Shown here in pieces: positions 39,716 through 53,070 of a stretch of 64,000 nucleotides of DNA (its first letter is position 1; each line of letters begins with the position of its first letter). The stretch spans positions 744,001 through 808,000 of the forward strand of contig MU053652.1 in NCBI GenBank assembly GCA_013239625.1, read 5' to 3'. Position numbers and translations under genes: made by a program. The notes beneath the pieces are model-generated. The model saw only the letters and a list, made by a program, of their open reading frames with translations. It was not told where the DNA came from and did no database searches. Source of the stretch: Lama guanicoe (lineage: Eukaryota).

Positions 39716-41539
39716 TCAATGAAGCATTTCAATAAACTCTTACTATATAACAATGATAAATAGTAGTGCTTTAAAAAGAGCACTTAAGCACCAAAAGATA
39801 TTCACACTATGTCTGTTCCTTACTCTATACTCAAGAATGGTCTTTTCTTATCAAAAGAAATGATGTATTACAAGAATAAACAAATTATTTACTCATGTCA
39901 GGTGCTACATTTTCATTTCAGAAACAAAAAGCCAATATATTACACTCTATGCTAAAGTATCCCTTCACTGTTATCAAGTTTAAGTAAAACTCTTTATGGA
40001 TGGCTGGAGACCTAAAAGTGAAGTATCAGTATACCATTAATATTTTAATTGAGTCCATGAATAGTCATTGCCATTTCTTTCTTTAAAGAACAAGAAAATA
40101 TAACTAAACTATTCTAATATGCAAATTTCAGTCCCTATAAGACATCTTACCTTCATCTGCATTACAAAAACCAATGCATTTTGGGCCCATTCATTATGTA
40201 TGTAATCCTAGAGTTTTATAGGTTAATATGAGCTATTGAACATAAGCAGCATTTTCTCAGATGGGGGCACAGTAATTGTGGTGTCCCAAAGTCATTCTGC
40301 CCTAGCCATCTGAAAGAGTTGTATTTTAGTTTTTCAGATTCCAAACTAATTTCACCACCACCCCAACACCTATTCTTCCCTACAAGCCCAAGAGAATATG
40401 AAGAATGCAATGTTGTTAAAGACTTGTTTCTTTGCTTTTTCTTTCAATGAACTGAAAAACTCTAGCTCTAACACTGCAATGAATGTTAAGAATTCTGACA
40501 ACTACGCCAACTGTTTTATAAAACTAATAGCTCATCACTTCACTTTTCCATTATAAAAAAAGTATGCAAATTGACCTTTAATTGCCAAAAGTAAAGCAAC
40601 ACATTTTGATGCAATAGTACAAATAATCTATTAATTCAAGGAGCTATCAGAAGTATATCACCATAACAGGATTAGACATATTTTAAATCATGTTGTGATT
40701 TCAAGTAAGCCATGATGATAAGAAATACAATAGCTATGAGAAATTCTAATCCTCACTGATTTTGAGATATAAAAATACATCTTAAGTTCAAAAATCATGT
40801 GACTGGAAAATAAGATTTTTAGTTGCCCAATAAATAATGAGGAACGTGGGTACTAGATTTAAGGTTCTGTAGCATTATATAAAGTAAGAAGAGTTCTTTC
40901 TAAGGACTAAGACTGGCTGGATAAATCATGAAAACCCCACTAAGTATCTGAGGAGAGGTGAAACTGAGTTCAAAGGGAGAAATACGGCCAAGGTGGGGGG
41001 ATATAGAACATGGGCTTCCTTTCCTTTGAATCCCATGTGACAATCCCACTACAAAAGATAAATATTACCATTTCAAAAATTAGGACAATATAAGAATAAC
41101 AACATGAAATGTATATGCTGAGTTGGGAAAATCAGCATCTACCTATTGAGAGGTTATGAAAGGAGCACCTGTACTATTCTGAAAATCTATGATCACCACC
41201 ATGCTGATTTGTCTCCGATCAGGAACATGTATTTTCACAATGTGACTGTGCTGTTATTTACCCACGCGATGATATCCTTCCAAATAAACCAGATGGATCC
41301 ATCTTAGTTTCTTTTTTTATCTTAACATTTTCAGGGGGGAAGTTAGAAAAACTGCATATGCAAAAAATCCCCTACTAGTTTCATTCAATCAATAATATGA
41401 TTCTTATATGTAAGGCCCCTAGGTAACAAATTTGAACTCCACTGTTCTATTATCAAAACATAATGAAAACACTGATAATAACTGCTAGACTGAAACAGCA
41501 TCCTCCTGACGTTTACAGGCAACTCAGACTGAGAATGAC

Positions 41540-41720
41540 AGGAGGCAGCATGACTAGAAGCAAGAGGACTAACTGGAAACAAGATCTGGGTTCCTCCACA
41601 GACTCTGTGATTTGAAATGTGCAACCTTTAACAAGACACTTAACTCTGGGGGCCTCAGTTATCTCTTCTACAACAATTCTGTAACAAAAACTAGACTTGA
41701 TCCAAGAGAACTTCTAACTT
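41540..41720 (+). mobile_element. MIR/MIR3 SINE
   Basis: gaggcagcatg...agatctgggttc...acaagacacttaactctgggggcctcagtt. Confidence 0.6.
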
Positions 41721-43783
41721 TATAATAATCATTGGAACAATCTGTAGGGAACAGTTGTCTTAAGAACAGTTATCATAAGGAAGAGAATGAAAATGCTTAT
41801 GGTAGTGATTCTGGAATTCACAAGGTAGCATTTTTATAGTTCAAAATTTTCATAAAGAAAGATATTATTAAAGAGGAAAGACTGAAAAACACAAGTTTCT
41901 TACTTCATCATGTATTTGCTAGCTTCCTAAACTCTGATGAATGCAGTGAATATTTAAGGATGGGTGGAGATAACACATTCTACTTTTCTAATTAAAATAT
42001 TATCCAAACTTCAACAAAGGTGTGTCTTAGCTGCATCATCTGTATAATTTATTCTTTTGGATTATGTGTCTTTAGATCGTGAAAGAGACTGCCAAGTCCA
42101 AGCTTCTGTGCCTACAAGTATGTAAGCATCTTCTTCCATTTGTTAATAAATGAAAATATATATCCAACCCTGAGCATATTAACTCTCTCACTCATGTGCA
42201 CACATGCACATAAATAGTGAACAGAACAACCAGAAAGCAAAAACAAATTAAGTTAACTTATCTTAGCATCTTTTTATAAGCAGAAATAAATGTCCATTAT
42301 TATTATCACAATAATTAGGTACAATGCCAACAATCACAAACGCTGAATTAATAATTACCACAACTATGGATGTTTTAAAGGTCATCCTCTCATTTGTCAT
42401 CACTGAAGTTAAATGGAGGAATTAATCTGCCCTAAATCTCAAGGACTTCAGTAAAGACATGCTGCGTGAGGGAAGGGCTTTACAAGGACAGGTCCCACAG
42501 TCACCTCCTACACTGGAGTCCAGCATCCTGGCTCTGTGTTGGTCATCAGTCTTCATTTAGATGGTTTCACAGGTCCTTCTCACTTCTCACTTCTGAATGT
42601 TTATTTTTCTACTGGGACTGTGTAAGATCATCTCTAATGTCACCTGGGTGGTGACTGTTCATCCCCCTTAAGAAACCATCTCGAAGGATCTGAGATTATT
42701 GGGATCCCCTCCTTTGCTCATTTTGATTTTGCTGGCTGTTACTAAACTGGCTAATGTAAGAGAATGTTTTAAATCATTCAAGCTCAGTGAACAGATGCCC
42801 CCTGTAAATGGGTTAAATAAGTCGAGTTTTTAAAAAGGCATAGTAAAATACTACATAATGGTAATTTGACTGTGACGGAGACAACAGATTAAAATGGAAG
42901 AGCCAAGCCAACCAATCACTTTTCTTAAGGTGTGATCTGCCAATTATCTCAACCAACACAGATCCTAATATTATCATTCTAGGCCATATGTGTAATTCTC
43001 GGGCAAAAAATAAATCTTTTAACAAGTCTGTAAGAACTGTTGGCACCCATTCATGCCAGCCTGCACTAACATCTTGAGAATTTTCCCTATTCCAAAAAAA
43101 AAAAAAAAAAAAATGAGGGGGGAGGAGAAGAGGTGGGAGAGAACCTAGCCATAAACATGGGTATAGTTAAAGGTTTAAAAAAGATGGAAAGATCCAAGCG
43201 ATTCTTTTTTCAATTTGCTAATAGATAATAAGAAAAACCCTGGCAGCGTTTACCACTCATACGCTGAAGGAGTGTGCGGAGGTCCAGAACACTCTCAACA
43301 TTCGCTGCGCCCATCTGCCAGCAACACAGTCACCGAACAGAACGGGCAATTACCAAAGCCCTTTTCAGATATCATCTGTCAACCACATCTAGTCTCCCTG
43401 CCAAAAGAAATCAGAAGTGAGGAGTGCAAAAACAGACTGGCCTTATGCGACCAAGGAGAGGTTCATCTAGGATGAACCTGGAGGTGAAGAAAGGGAAGGG
43501 GAAAACGAGAGGACTGGTACACCCACTTACCAGAGTATGTCTGAATTGTACACCACTGCCCATCAGAGGACCAGCAGGATATAAACCTACTTTGCTCTAC
43601 TGTGCTTAGTACAACTTTCAATTCAGGAAAAGTGTCTACTCATTCCCAGAACTGGTTCTCTGCGACACTGAACATACTGGATACATCCCTCTCCATAGGC
43701 AGTCCATTCCTGCAGCCTACCACCAAAGCAGTCCAATTTTTAAATCAAGGAATTTATCAATTCATTAAATATTTAGTGCTTTC

Positions 43784-43920
43784 TTTTTTCTTTTTCTTTT
43801 TTTCAAACAGGCTTCGTTCACTTTATTTTTTGCATGTAAAACTATGCGGTGGCCACAGCTGGAGCCTAGGTCCTCTGCACGGAAACTCTGGTGTGGGTCT
43901 TTACAAGATGGTCAGTGAAT
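43784..43920 (-). pseudogene. RPS2: 5'-truncated processed pseudogene of ribosomal protein S2 (C-terminal 25 codons, 3'UTR and poly(A))
   Basis: Minus strand translates [24 protein letters not shown], versus RPS2 ...[26 protein letters not shown]. Native stop at 43842-43844, CAG>TAG nonsense at 43866-43868, AATAAA at 43822-43827, then an A-tail. TSD tagtg(c/t)tttc at 43774-43783 and 43920-43929. Confidence 0.95.
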
Positions 43921-45411
43921 AGTGTTTTCAGCATAAGCAGTACTGTATGTGCTGTGGCTCCACAATTACTTTTTAAGGTGAAAAAAAGGTCTTTTTAAAG
44001 TTAAGGCTGTACTACAAATCAACACTTTTCTGGTCCAGTTTGTGATCAAGCTTTCCAGTTGAGACATAAATAATGCGCCCTGAGTAATGAGGTACATAGA
44101 ATGGATCAGAATTAGTAGAGAGAACAGTGGGTATATAATAATGCAGGCGTGAGGTGACAAAGACAAGGTGGTAACAGTGAGGCCACAAAAGATAAATCTA
44201 AATGAAAGAGAACATGACAAAGTTTGGTGACAGGTTAGACCTAGGAGGTAAAAGAAATGTAGTACCTCCAAAAGTACATATGATGAATACATACTAACTT
44301 CTTTTGGTGGCGGGGAATAACTTTGAAACCATTTTAGCTAAGAATTAAGAATTAAGTACATCTCTTCCTTTTCAACAAATGTGTACAATTATTTGACTAC
44401 TGGTGAGCACTTCACCAACACAGGTAACATAAGGACACACTGAACCACCAGGCCATCCATCGCATGAATAGTACCATTTTTCTCATAATACTCCTAGTAA
44501 CAACTTGCTTCTAACAGATTTGTCATCACTACTTAAGAGAAAAGATAGTATTTTAACTTGTAAGAGGTTCCACATCTTCATCAAAAAGCATCTCTGCAGG
44601 TGCCATCTTTTCAGATGCACAAGGGTGCAAAGGGCAGAGACAATGTTCTTGTGACTAGAGGAGAGCAGCCAGCATGAGACACAAGCACAACAACATTAAG
44701 AGGGAGGAGGTGTACAATGCAGAGAAGCAACGGTTATGGCAGTCATGAGCTTCATCTTTCATGCGTGTGAAGAGCAGACATTTCAGGATAAAGGCAAGTA
44801 GCAGTCGTGGCAGGTCGGCAGCCCCTTTAGAAACACTGGCCGACTGACACATAGAAAGAGGCCTGACCTTAATTATCCTTAAAAAAATAAAAACAAAAAA
44901 CACGCTGCTTTACTTAGTACTAAAATCAGGGCAATCGACAAATATTTTTATTCAGCATCTCTAAGTGAGAGTAGCAACAAGGTTATTTTAAAATGCCTGC
45001 TCTCAAGAAGCTTACAGTCTAATTCAAAGTCTTATTAGAATCTAGACTGAGCCAAATTCTCTCCCTAAATATATCTTTAAAAGCATATATGTGTATTAGT
45101 ACATGTGTATATAAATATTTAAATAATTATATGTAATTTTGCATATGTAAAAACTATAAGTATCATATATATGACAGTACATAATTATGTATGTACATAT
45201 ACACGTACATGCACACACGTGCGCACATGCACACACACTGCGGCGCATTCAAGAGCCAGAGCTATCTCTTCATGTACTACTTTCTACTTATTCATGGTAG
45301 ATGATACTGGTTATAAAAAATAATACATCATCAACCACCCAAACTACTACTAAGTGCAATAGTTTATTAGAAGTCTTACCTAATAACTTACGATACTAAG
45401 AAGAACTCTGA

Positions 45412-45495
45412 GGGGGTGGGTTAGCTCAGGGGTAGAGTGTGTGGTTAGCATGTACAAGGTCCTGGGTTCAATCCCCAGTACCTCTATTTTTAAAA
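45412..45495 (+). mobile_element. Vic-1-type SINE (short form)
   Basis: gggggtgggttagctcaggggtagagtgtgtggttagcatgtacaaggtcctgggttcaatccccagtacctc with a degenerate TSD aagaactctga/aagtactttga. Confidence 0.88.
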
Positions 45496-47924
45496 AGTAC
45501 TTTGAAAATACAAAATGTCTTCTATGCACTAAATTTATAACTAAAGTAATTATAACATGTAATCAAAGGTATTTTAAAATTTGATAAGAACATCTTCCCA
45601 CAGCAAAAGTAAAGTCTCCAGGATCTTTAATCCCTACTTAACACAGGCACATACAACCCTGACGGCTACAAATCAAAACCCCAGGCTGGCACTTAAAAGG
45701 CCTGGCTCTGAGTCCATGAAGTTCTAGAGGATTGTGTACTTTGGGGTGCGTTACTACATCTTCCTGGGGCTCTAGTTCCCCAGTTATTAGAGGTGCCTCT
45801 GGTGATTCCTCAACTGGATGGGCCCAGGTAGAAGACCAGAGGTGAAGACTTGCGGAGGCTGATGGGGAGACGAAGCACCACCCCATCCACCCTATCTCAC
45901 ACTGAAACTGGTCCTTCCACTTTTCTAAATAGCCCCAGGGCTTTTACGACTAGTGCTCCCCTCCCGAAAAGAGTTCCTATTTTTCTCTGTCTGTAACTAG
46001 TCATTTCCCTCTCCAGATCTGTTTGCAGACACTAAAAATGAGGTTCTTTCCAGCTCTAACATTCTATGTAAACTTTTGAGTATTACATACATCATAGACT
46101 AGTATTGGCTTTCTCAATCAGAAGCTGTGAAATCAACACATTAACTATATTCCAGCTTTAATGTTCATATATTATCACAGCCATGTATGACCACGCTCTT
46201 TTGTTTCCAGAATTAGCATAGTTTCTAATTACCTAGTTATAATAAGTGCTTTATGATATGGTCATATCCTTAAATATTACTTCATAATCTGCCTACGTAG
46301 TAAGTGGAAGATACCTAACTGCAAATTTTAAAATTAATACACTGTTTCCCTAAAACATTCCCCATCTTCACAGTGAGGACATGAGTCTATTAAGTGGAAA
46401 ATTTCTAGTAGTTAGAGTAGGAGGCTGAGTCACAAGCCATTTTAAGTCACTATAGATTTTATTCAGATATCAGCATTCTTGGGTTACTCCTCAGCAATCA
46501 AAAGCATGGTGTTTCAGTGGGACGGCACTTAGAGATGTCCCAAATGCTTCCCTAGAATGCCAACGGCTATCCGAATCAGTAATATGTTTTCCCCAAAGTT
46601 CATTATTTTACTTTCCTAAAGTGATTTTTGTTATGCCAGAAGGAATTCCTTTTATCTATTATTTGTTTGTACTTCCTTTATTCTGCTGTAACTTTTCAAA
46701 GGCTAGAAATCTTATATACACACACAGAAACTATCAAATCTTTTTGTTTATGTTGTTCAAAGAAAAACGATTATCTAAGCAACTTGGCTGTTTATTATTC
46801 TTGATTTATTGCTGTTTTTATTTTGAGCAAGCTTGTACAAGCTTTTTCCCTAAGCCTATTGATTTTTCAGTTCCAGTCATCTTTTCCAGGCAGGTTCGTG
46901 TTTGAGCCTATTCAATTATTCACTGCTATGATTCAGATTTCCTGTTTGCATCACTGCAAATTTGGAACAGAATTTTAGACAGCATTCTAAACAAGAATTT
47001 AGGCTGTAATGATGGAGAAACAAGAGAAAATAGACTTGAATGTTGTGTTAAAGTACCTCAAAGCACAAATAAGAGTGGCCATTCAAATAACTGTCTGGTT
47101 TCTTTAACATCTGCTGACGTATTCTTCGTTAGTAAATACTAGTGCCTTTTCCATTAGAGTCTCTCCATCACCTTCCAGTTTATTTTCAACCAATGACTCA
47201 GTAACAAAGAAAATCTCCACATCTACTTTTTCAGTGAATCCTAATTTTTCATTAAATTTCCTTCTAAAAGCATTAATTTTTATTAGTAATTTCCGCACTC
47301 ACTGGCTCCCTTCTGTCTGGTGACATTTTATCTCTATGGACTGTCAAAGGGCTTATCTGGTCACTACTGTGATTCACACTTGTCTCTTGTCAACCGTTAC
47401 ATGACCTAGAGCCATACAAGTTATCACCAAATAATCATTTTTAAAAATATTGTCCCTTAATCCTTTACATATTTAAGTTGAATCTTCCATAAGTTACTTA
47501 AACGCGGAGTCCTGAAACAACCCTCAATTCCACCATCTGGGCAAGAAATGCCACCTAGGAGACTCAACAGGATAACGACTAGAAAATGTGAAGATACTAG
47601 TATTTAAATTAGCTCCTCAAAACAGTTTCAAATTAAATCACTTTAAACATTAGTTATCATAGTCTTACTTCTTTTAAATGCCTATTTAAAGGTGGTTTAT
47701 GCTGGGCAATTTTACTTTGGTTATTAACAAGTCTTTGTCTTTCTAAATCTTGCTCCCAACATCTAAGTGGAATCACTTCACATTCCACATGAAAATCACT
47801 CATCAAAAAGATGTTGAAGAGTGAGTCAAAGTCCTAGTCTCACCACTTCCCAGACGGGAGACCATGGCTATGTAACAGCTATGTGCTCCAGCTTCATGCA
47901 GGACACAGACCATCCTTCTCACCA

Positions 47925-48080
47925 GGTGGCCCAAGTACCGTCTCATCTGAGTGGATGTTTATTTAAAATGTAGATTTTTTGAGCCCAGATACCAAACCAC
48001 CGAATCAAAATCCTGAGAGTGGAGATCAGGAACCTATATTTTTACCAAGTATCATTTGGGTGCACTGAAAATGGAGAGCT
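47925..48080. mobile_element. MER5-type hAT element
   Basis: ttaaaatgtagatt..tgagccc...gaatcaaaatcctgagagtggagatcaggaacctatatttttaccaag. Confidence 0.6.
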
Positions 48081-49974
48081 GCTATGGCAAAGGAGCAATA
48101 TGTGCTGGGGGAAAAAAGCAATAAAGCAAGTCAGAAAACCTGACTGTCGACCACACTTCTGCCACCAAATCGGCTTGTATACTCAGAAAAAAACCACTTT
48201 TGGTTTTACTGACCTAAACTGTATAATGTGACTCAACTGGATGATCACTAACTGCTGAGGCTGTAAGACCTCAGACTCCCAATCCTCAGTCCTAAGAGAC
48301 CTGACAACCCTTACTGCACACAGTATTTTAAGTCTGCAGAGGCCCTAAATACATGAGGTCAAGACTCACACAGCGCCACCCATTACACATTATACACTGG
48401 CACTAGTAACTTGACTCTCACATACTCAAACTGACCTGCCAAATATCTCCACTTAATCCACAGAGGATTATTCAGGTAATTCAGATTCAGCAGCACTGCC
48501 ATCCTGGTACAGAAGGAGTTAAGCAACCATTCGATAGTTTATTTCGTTTTGTCATTATCTTATAAAAATTAGTGATGGAAAGAGAAAGAGGAGTGTGTAC
48601 ACTGGCGATTAGCCTAGGTTTCTTAAACAAATTCCAGTTGAGATACATATGTAAAACTTTAGTTGTGCAAATGTACAGAATCTCTAGCAGCTGCCTCACA
48701 TTTACTGAGAGAAGCCTGGAAACCCAAGGATTTAATTATAAAGGAAAAGAACAATATTAATTTTCATGCAGGAAATGCAGAATACTGTCAAAAATTAAAG
48801 AATTATTAGATATTTTATAATTATTTCGGCTCTCTAGGAACAAAATTTAATGCCCTACTATAATATCTGTGTGTATACATATACATGCACATATACATGT
48901 ATTTTTTTAATATAATCCTCATACACTTTTGAGTTTTTTTCCAATACTGAATCTTCTACATTCTTTATTCTCTTATTAACACTGGGTTAATGTATGCTTA
49001 ACTATAAAGCTGTATGTCTCTACTTTGCTTTGGAAACAACTTGATATCGTTTCCAGTTGAAAATAACTACTAACTGGCACCTGACATCACATTTTGTTTA
49101 CTTTTCTGAAGCTTGTCAGTTTACACATTTATTCTTCCTTTCAAAATCTGAGCTGTTCTTGTATCATTTATGCCCTTTGGACATACCTCACATCTTTGTT
49201 GTCCCCTTCATTCAAGTCCTACAACGTGACTTAAAACTCACTGCTTACCTTCATCAATTATACCACGTGTTACACATTTCCTCACATGATTAAGCTGCCC
49301 TTTATCACCTCACAATTTATTCTATCACCTTTCTAGTTATCCAAGGCTCTAGCATAGTGGTACTCTGGCCTTTTAAAAAATGCTTTACTAATTATTCTTG
49401 GTTCATAAAGGTTTCAAAATCATAAAGTTGGTATGGTATTGTTCTTACACTATCATCCTCTCCATCTTGAAAGATGGCTCTCTCAAGTTAGTTTCCCTAG
49501 TTCTCTTTATTATTTTTTCCCTAATAAAAAAAAATGTATCACTAGGGATACCAGACTTACAAATGTGAATCATATCATCAATCTACTCACACCTTACACT
49601 CAACATTCTTGTAACTCAGACTGCACCTGCTTTTGTAAATCAATTTTTCAGTGAGCATCTTATAAATCTAAATTGTTTTAAGATACTAATCACTTCAAAA
49701 ATTAGTACGATCATATTTCCTTATCGTGAATCCTGTCCTTCCTTATACACAGAAAGAATTTACCTTTTTTTTTTTCATCAAACATCACTACCATTGTACC
49801 TATAATGCCTTTTCATGTGTAATTTGTTTTGGAAATCCTATCCACCCTACTAAGTGATAAGATGTCCTATAAAAGAGTATCCAGCAAACTTCTTTGCACA
49901 TAAATGGTACTCAAAACAGAATTAGTTCAATTAGTGAGGTCCTAAATAAAGCAAAGTCAAAGCAGAAGTCAAAT

Positions 49975-51190
49975 GATCTTCTCACAACTTATATTTAGAT
50001 AATTTCCAAATGGATTAAAAATTTTAATGCAAAAACAAAATTGTAAAAGTAATAAAAATCATGAGAAAAGTCCTTATATTATAACCATATAGTGTATATA
50101 TGTAAAATTTATATTGTACATTGCCATTTATAATATAAAGTCCTTCTACTGTAAGCCAGAAGAAGTCTTTTCAACTGTGTCACAAAAAAAGAACTGGTAA
50201 AAGAAAAGCCTGTTATATTTCACAAAATAAAAATCAAAGATTTCTGATGGCAAAGCCAATGGTAAGGAAGGTCAAAAGATAAATGAAAAAAATCTGAAAC
50301 TCGTATCTCAAAGTGCTAAATAACCTGATAAGGAATTTCTAGAAATCAATAAAAAAGGGAACAGATGAGGCAATTAAAAATTATTCAAAATAAAATGGCA
50401 GACCACAAAAAAGAAACCCAAAAGGTTCTTAAATGCATGGAAAAAAACTGTTGAACTTCACACAAAAAAGTCTAATTCAAACTAAAATGAAACACTATTT
50501 CTTACGTATCAGAATTGAAATGAGTCAAGAGTTTAGTAATACGATATGCTGATGAGAAGGAAAGGAAACAGTCTCAAATACAGCTTGGCCAAAGTGTAAG
50601 TCGGCCACTGCCACAACTAACTAGCATATTGCCACTCTGGTGAGCAGTATGGCAGTGTCCTTCAAATTCACAAATCTACATACCACTTGACCTACAAACT
50701 CCACTTTCAGGAAGTTATCTTTCAGATATAGTCACACATGCATGAAAGTCACACAACATCCATGTTGAAGCTCTGCTTATGATAGCAAAGGACCAGAAAC
50801 AAGTTGAATGCTCATTAATAGGGGAGTAGTTATATAAATTATAGTACCTCAATACAATGAAATATTCTCTCACCATAAAAAAGAATGAAGGAAGAAAACT
50901 CCATGATATATTCAATGAAGAAAAACAATGTCCAGAACACTATAGTGTGCTATCATTTGTGTAAAATGAGAGAAAAGAATATAGATATATTTGCTTATTT
51001 ATACAAAAACTATCTTTGAGACAAAACACATGAAACTAACGATATCATCGCCTGTGGGAAAGGTAACAGGGCAGCTGGTGTTAGAGGCTGCAGGGAGGTG
51101 TTTACCATCTACGTTTTTAAACTCTGGAATTCTGAGACAGACAAATGTACTACTACCTACTTATGTTTACTTTTTAAAAATAGAAGTTTT
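49975..51190 (+). mobile_element. Long degraded L1 (L1MC/ME) ORF2 end plus 3'UTR
   Basis: ctcacaacttata..aatttccaaatggattaaaa...gcagtatggcagt...gatagcaaaggaccagaaacaa...atacaatgaaatatt...ccataaaaaagaatga. Confidence 0.85.
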
Positions 51191-51479
51191 TTTTAAGGTA
51201 GCATCAAAAGGTTATAAAAAGAAAAAGGAAAATAAGTCAAATGACTTTATTCTCACATTAGTACTATTAAAAACATGCACAAATGTGTAAAAACCTTTCC
51301 ATTTTTTTTGACATTCTGTGTGATTTTATACATGTGCCCAGGTTTGTTGTTTAAAATACTCTTAAATTTTAGTCTAACATTATCCATAAACACATAATCT
51401 TCCAATATAACAAGATCACCTACAGCTAACTATAAAATCTTTAAAATATAGTTTATGCAAAGTATTTGCCAATGGCAGT

Positions 51480-51620
51480 CATCCTTCATTCTTTCCACAA
51501 GTACTTACTGAGTACCTATTATGTACACGCCACTGTTCTAGATTGTAGGGATAAAACAGAGAAGAAAACAAAGATACTTCTTGCACTTGGGCAGCTAATC
51601 TAATGGAAAATAAACCAACT
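51480..51620 (-). mobile_element. L2 3' end
   Basis: cattctttccacaagtacttactgagtacctattatgt...ccactgttctag. Confidence 0.75.
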
Positions 51621-51779
51621 AACTTAACTTTAATGAATGCACATTGATTATGCATCATCAATCAATGATGTTTCTTGGTCCAAAAGAAAAAAAACCCAAC
51701 TTGATTCACAGGATTAATTAACAATAGCTTAAGAATTTATCTACCTAGAGTGATCTGAATTAACCTTAATCTTATTTTA

Positions 51780-51920
51780 GCCAACATTTGCCTACTACAC
51801 ACTAAGCCATGCTGTTCTCTCATCTATCATGTTCACAACCACCCTATGAGATGGGTACTATTATTATGTCTACTATACAGATGAGAAAACTGAATCTTGG
51901 GTGGGTTAAATAACTGTCTA
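51780..51920 (-). mobile_element. MIR SINE
   Basis: tcacaaccaccctatgagatgggtactattatt...acagatgagaaaactga...ggttaaataact. Confidence 0.8.
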
Positions 51921-52409
51921 ATTCTAAAGGTCATAAAATAACTACTCTCACATACCGCCTCAGGCTTGACTCATTTCTGGTCTCTGACTTAAAAAGAAAA
52001 TATACAGTACAGACGAGTTTAAAAGTTTGGCCCTTGGCCCTCTCACTCCAAACCCAAAATATAATTCCTGGCATTAAAAGGTTCTAAATCTGAAATTCAT
52101 GAAGATATGGCTAAATTAAAATCATGCTAAAAAATGGAATCTATTATCTTCACTTCATTTAGGCCAATTCATTTACATACCTTCATAAATGATAGAGACT
52201 TCATATTCCTTATTTTTTAAAAAAATTATACCACATATATATGGCCCCCATTGAATTTTCACTATTTAGACAGTAACACGACTGTATTCTATCTCTGACA
52301 TCCCCTGAACTTACATCTACATATTGTGGGAACTTTATCTACATATTGTGCTACAGTTCTTTGAAAACAATTACTATCACAGTCCTCAGTTCCACCCAGG
52401 CCAGATATC

Positions 52410-52802
52410 GAGAGGTTCTCAAAGTGTGGCCCTGAACCAGTAGCAGCTGTATCACCACAAGCAAACCTATTTAACATGCAAATTCCTGGACCCCACACAG
52501 ACTATAGTTGCCAGATTCAGCAAAATCAAAACAATAAATAAGATGCCCAGTTAAACACAAATTTCAGATAAACAATGAATTTCTTTTTTTTTTTTCCAGT
52601 GTAAGTATGTTTCAAATACTGCATGGGACATAATTAAGTATTAGCTGCTGTTTATCTGAAACTCAAATTTAACTGGGCATCTAGATTTTATCTGGCAACT
52701 CTGCACCAGAATGTCAATCCAGTCAAAAATTCTGAAGGTGGACCCTAGCGATCACTTTCAAAACATCCTCAAGGATGCATGCTTAAAGTTTGAGAACCAC
52801 TG
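52410..52802 (+). mobile_element. MER5A split by a nested MER53
   Basis: Left half ggttctcaaagtgtggccc...atgcaaattcctggacccc; right half ...aaagtttgagaaccactg. Confidence 0.85.
52503..52703. mobile_element. MER53 palindromic hAT-type MITE
   Basis: TIRs gttgccagat / atctggcaac, inner arms gatgcccagttaaa..tttcagataaaca / tgtttatctgaaa..tttaactgggcatc, centre taagtatgtttcaaatactgcatgggacata. Confidence 0.88.
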
Positions 52803-52894
52803 ACTCAGACTTTAACTCCTTCCTGAGCCATTTCTAACCAAGTCTGTGTCTAACGAAGTTAATTCCTTTGAGCATATAGCATCTCTAACAGTCA

Positions 52895-53070
52895 ACATAT
52901 TTACTGAATACTCACTATGGCCCAGGCACTGGTTTAAGTATTTATTCTCCATGGATTTTCTTTTAAGGTCCATAAATAACCTCAAGAGGTAACTACTATT
53001 GTTAACTATTATCATTTCATAGATGAGAAAACTAAGAAGAAAAGAGGTTAAGCCCAGGATCCAGCATGCC
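52895..53070 (-). mobile_element. MIR SINE
   Basis: catatttactgaatactcactatggcccaggcactg...tttcatagatgagaaaactaag...gaggttaag. Confidence 0.8.

Noticed and set aside
43230..43350. Local CpG enrichment with a CTCF-like GCAGATGGGCGC
   Set aside because: Too short for a CpG island, and the spacing does not fit the CTCF core.
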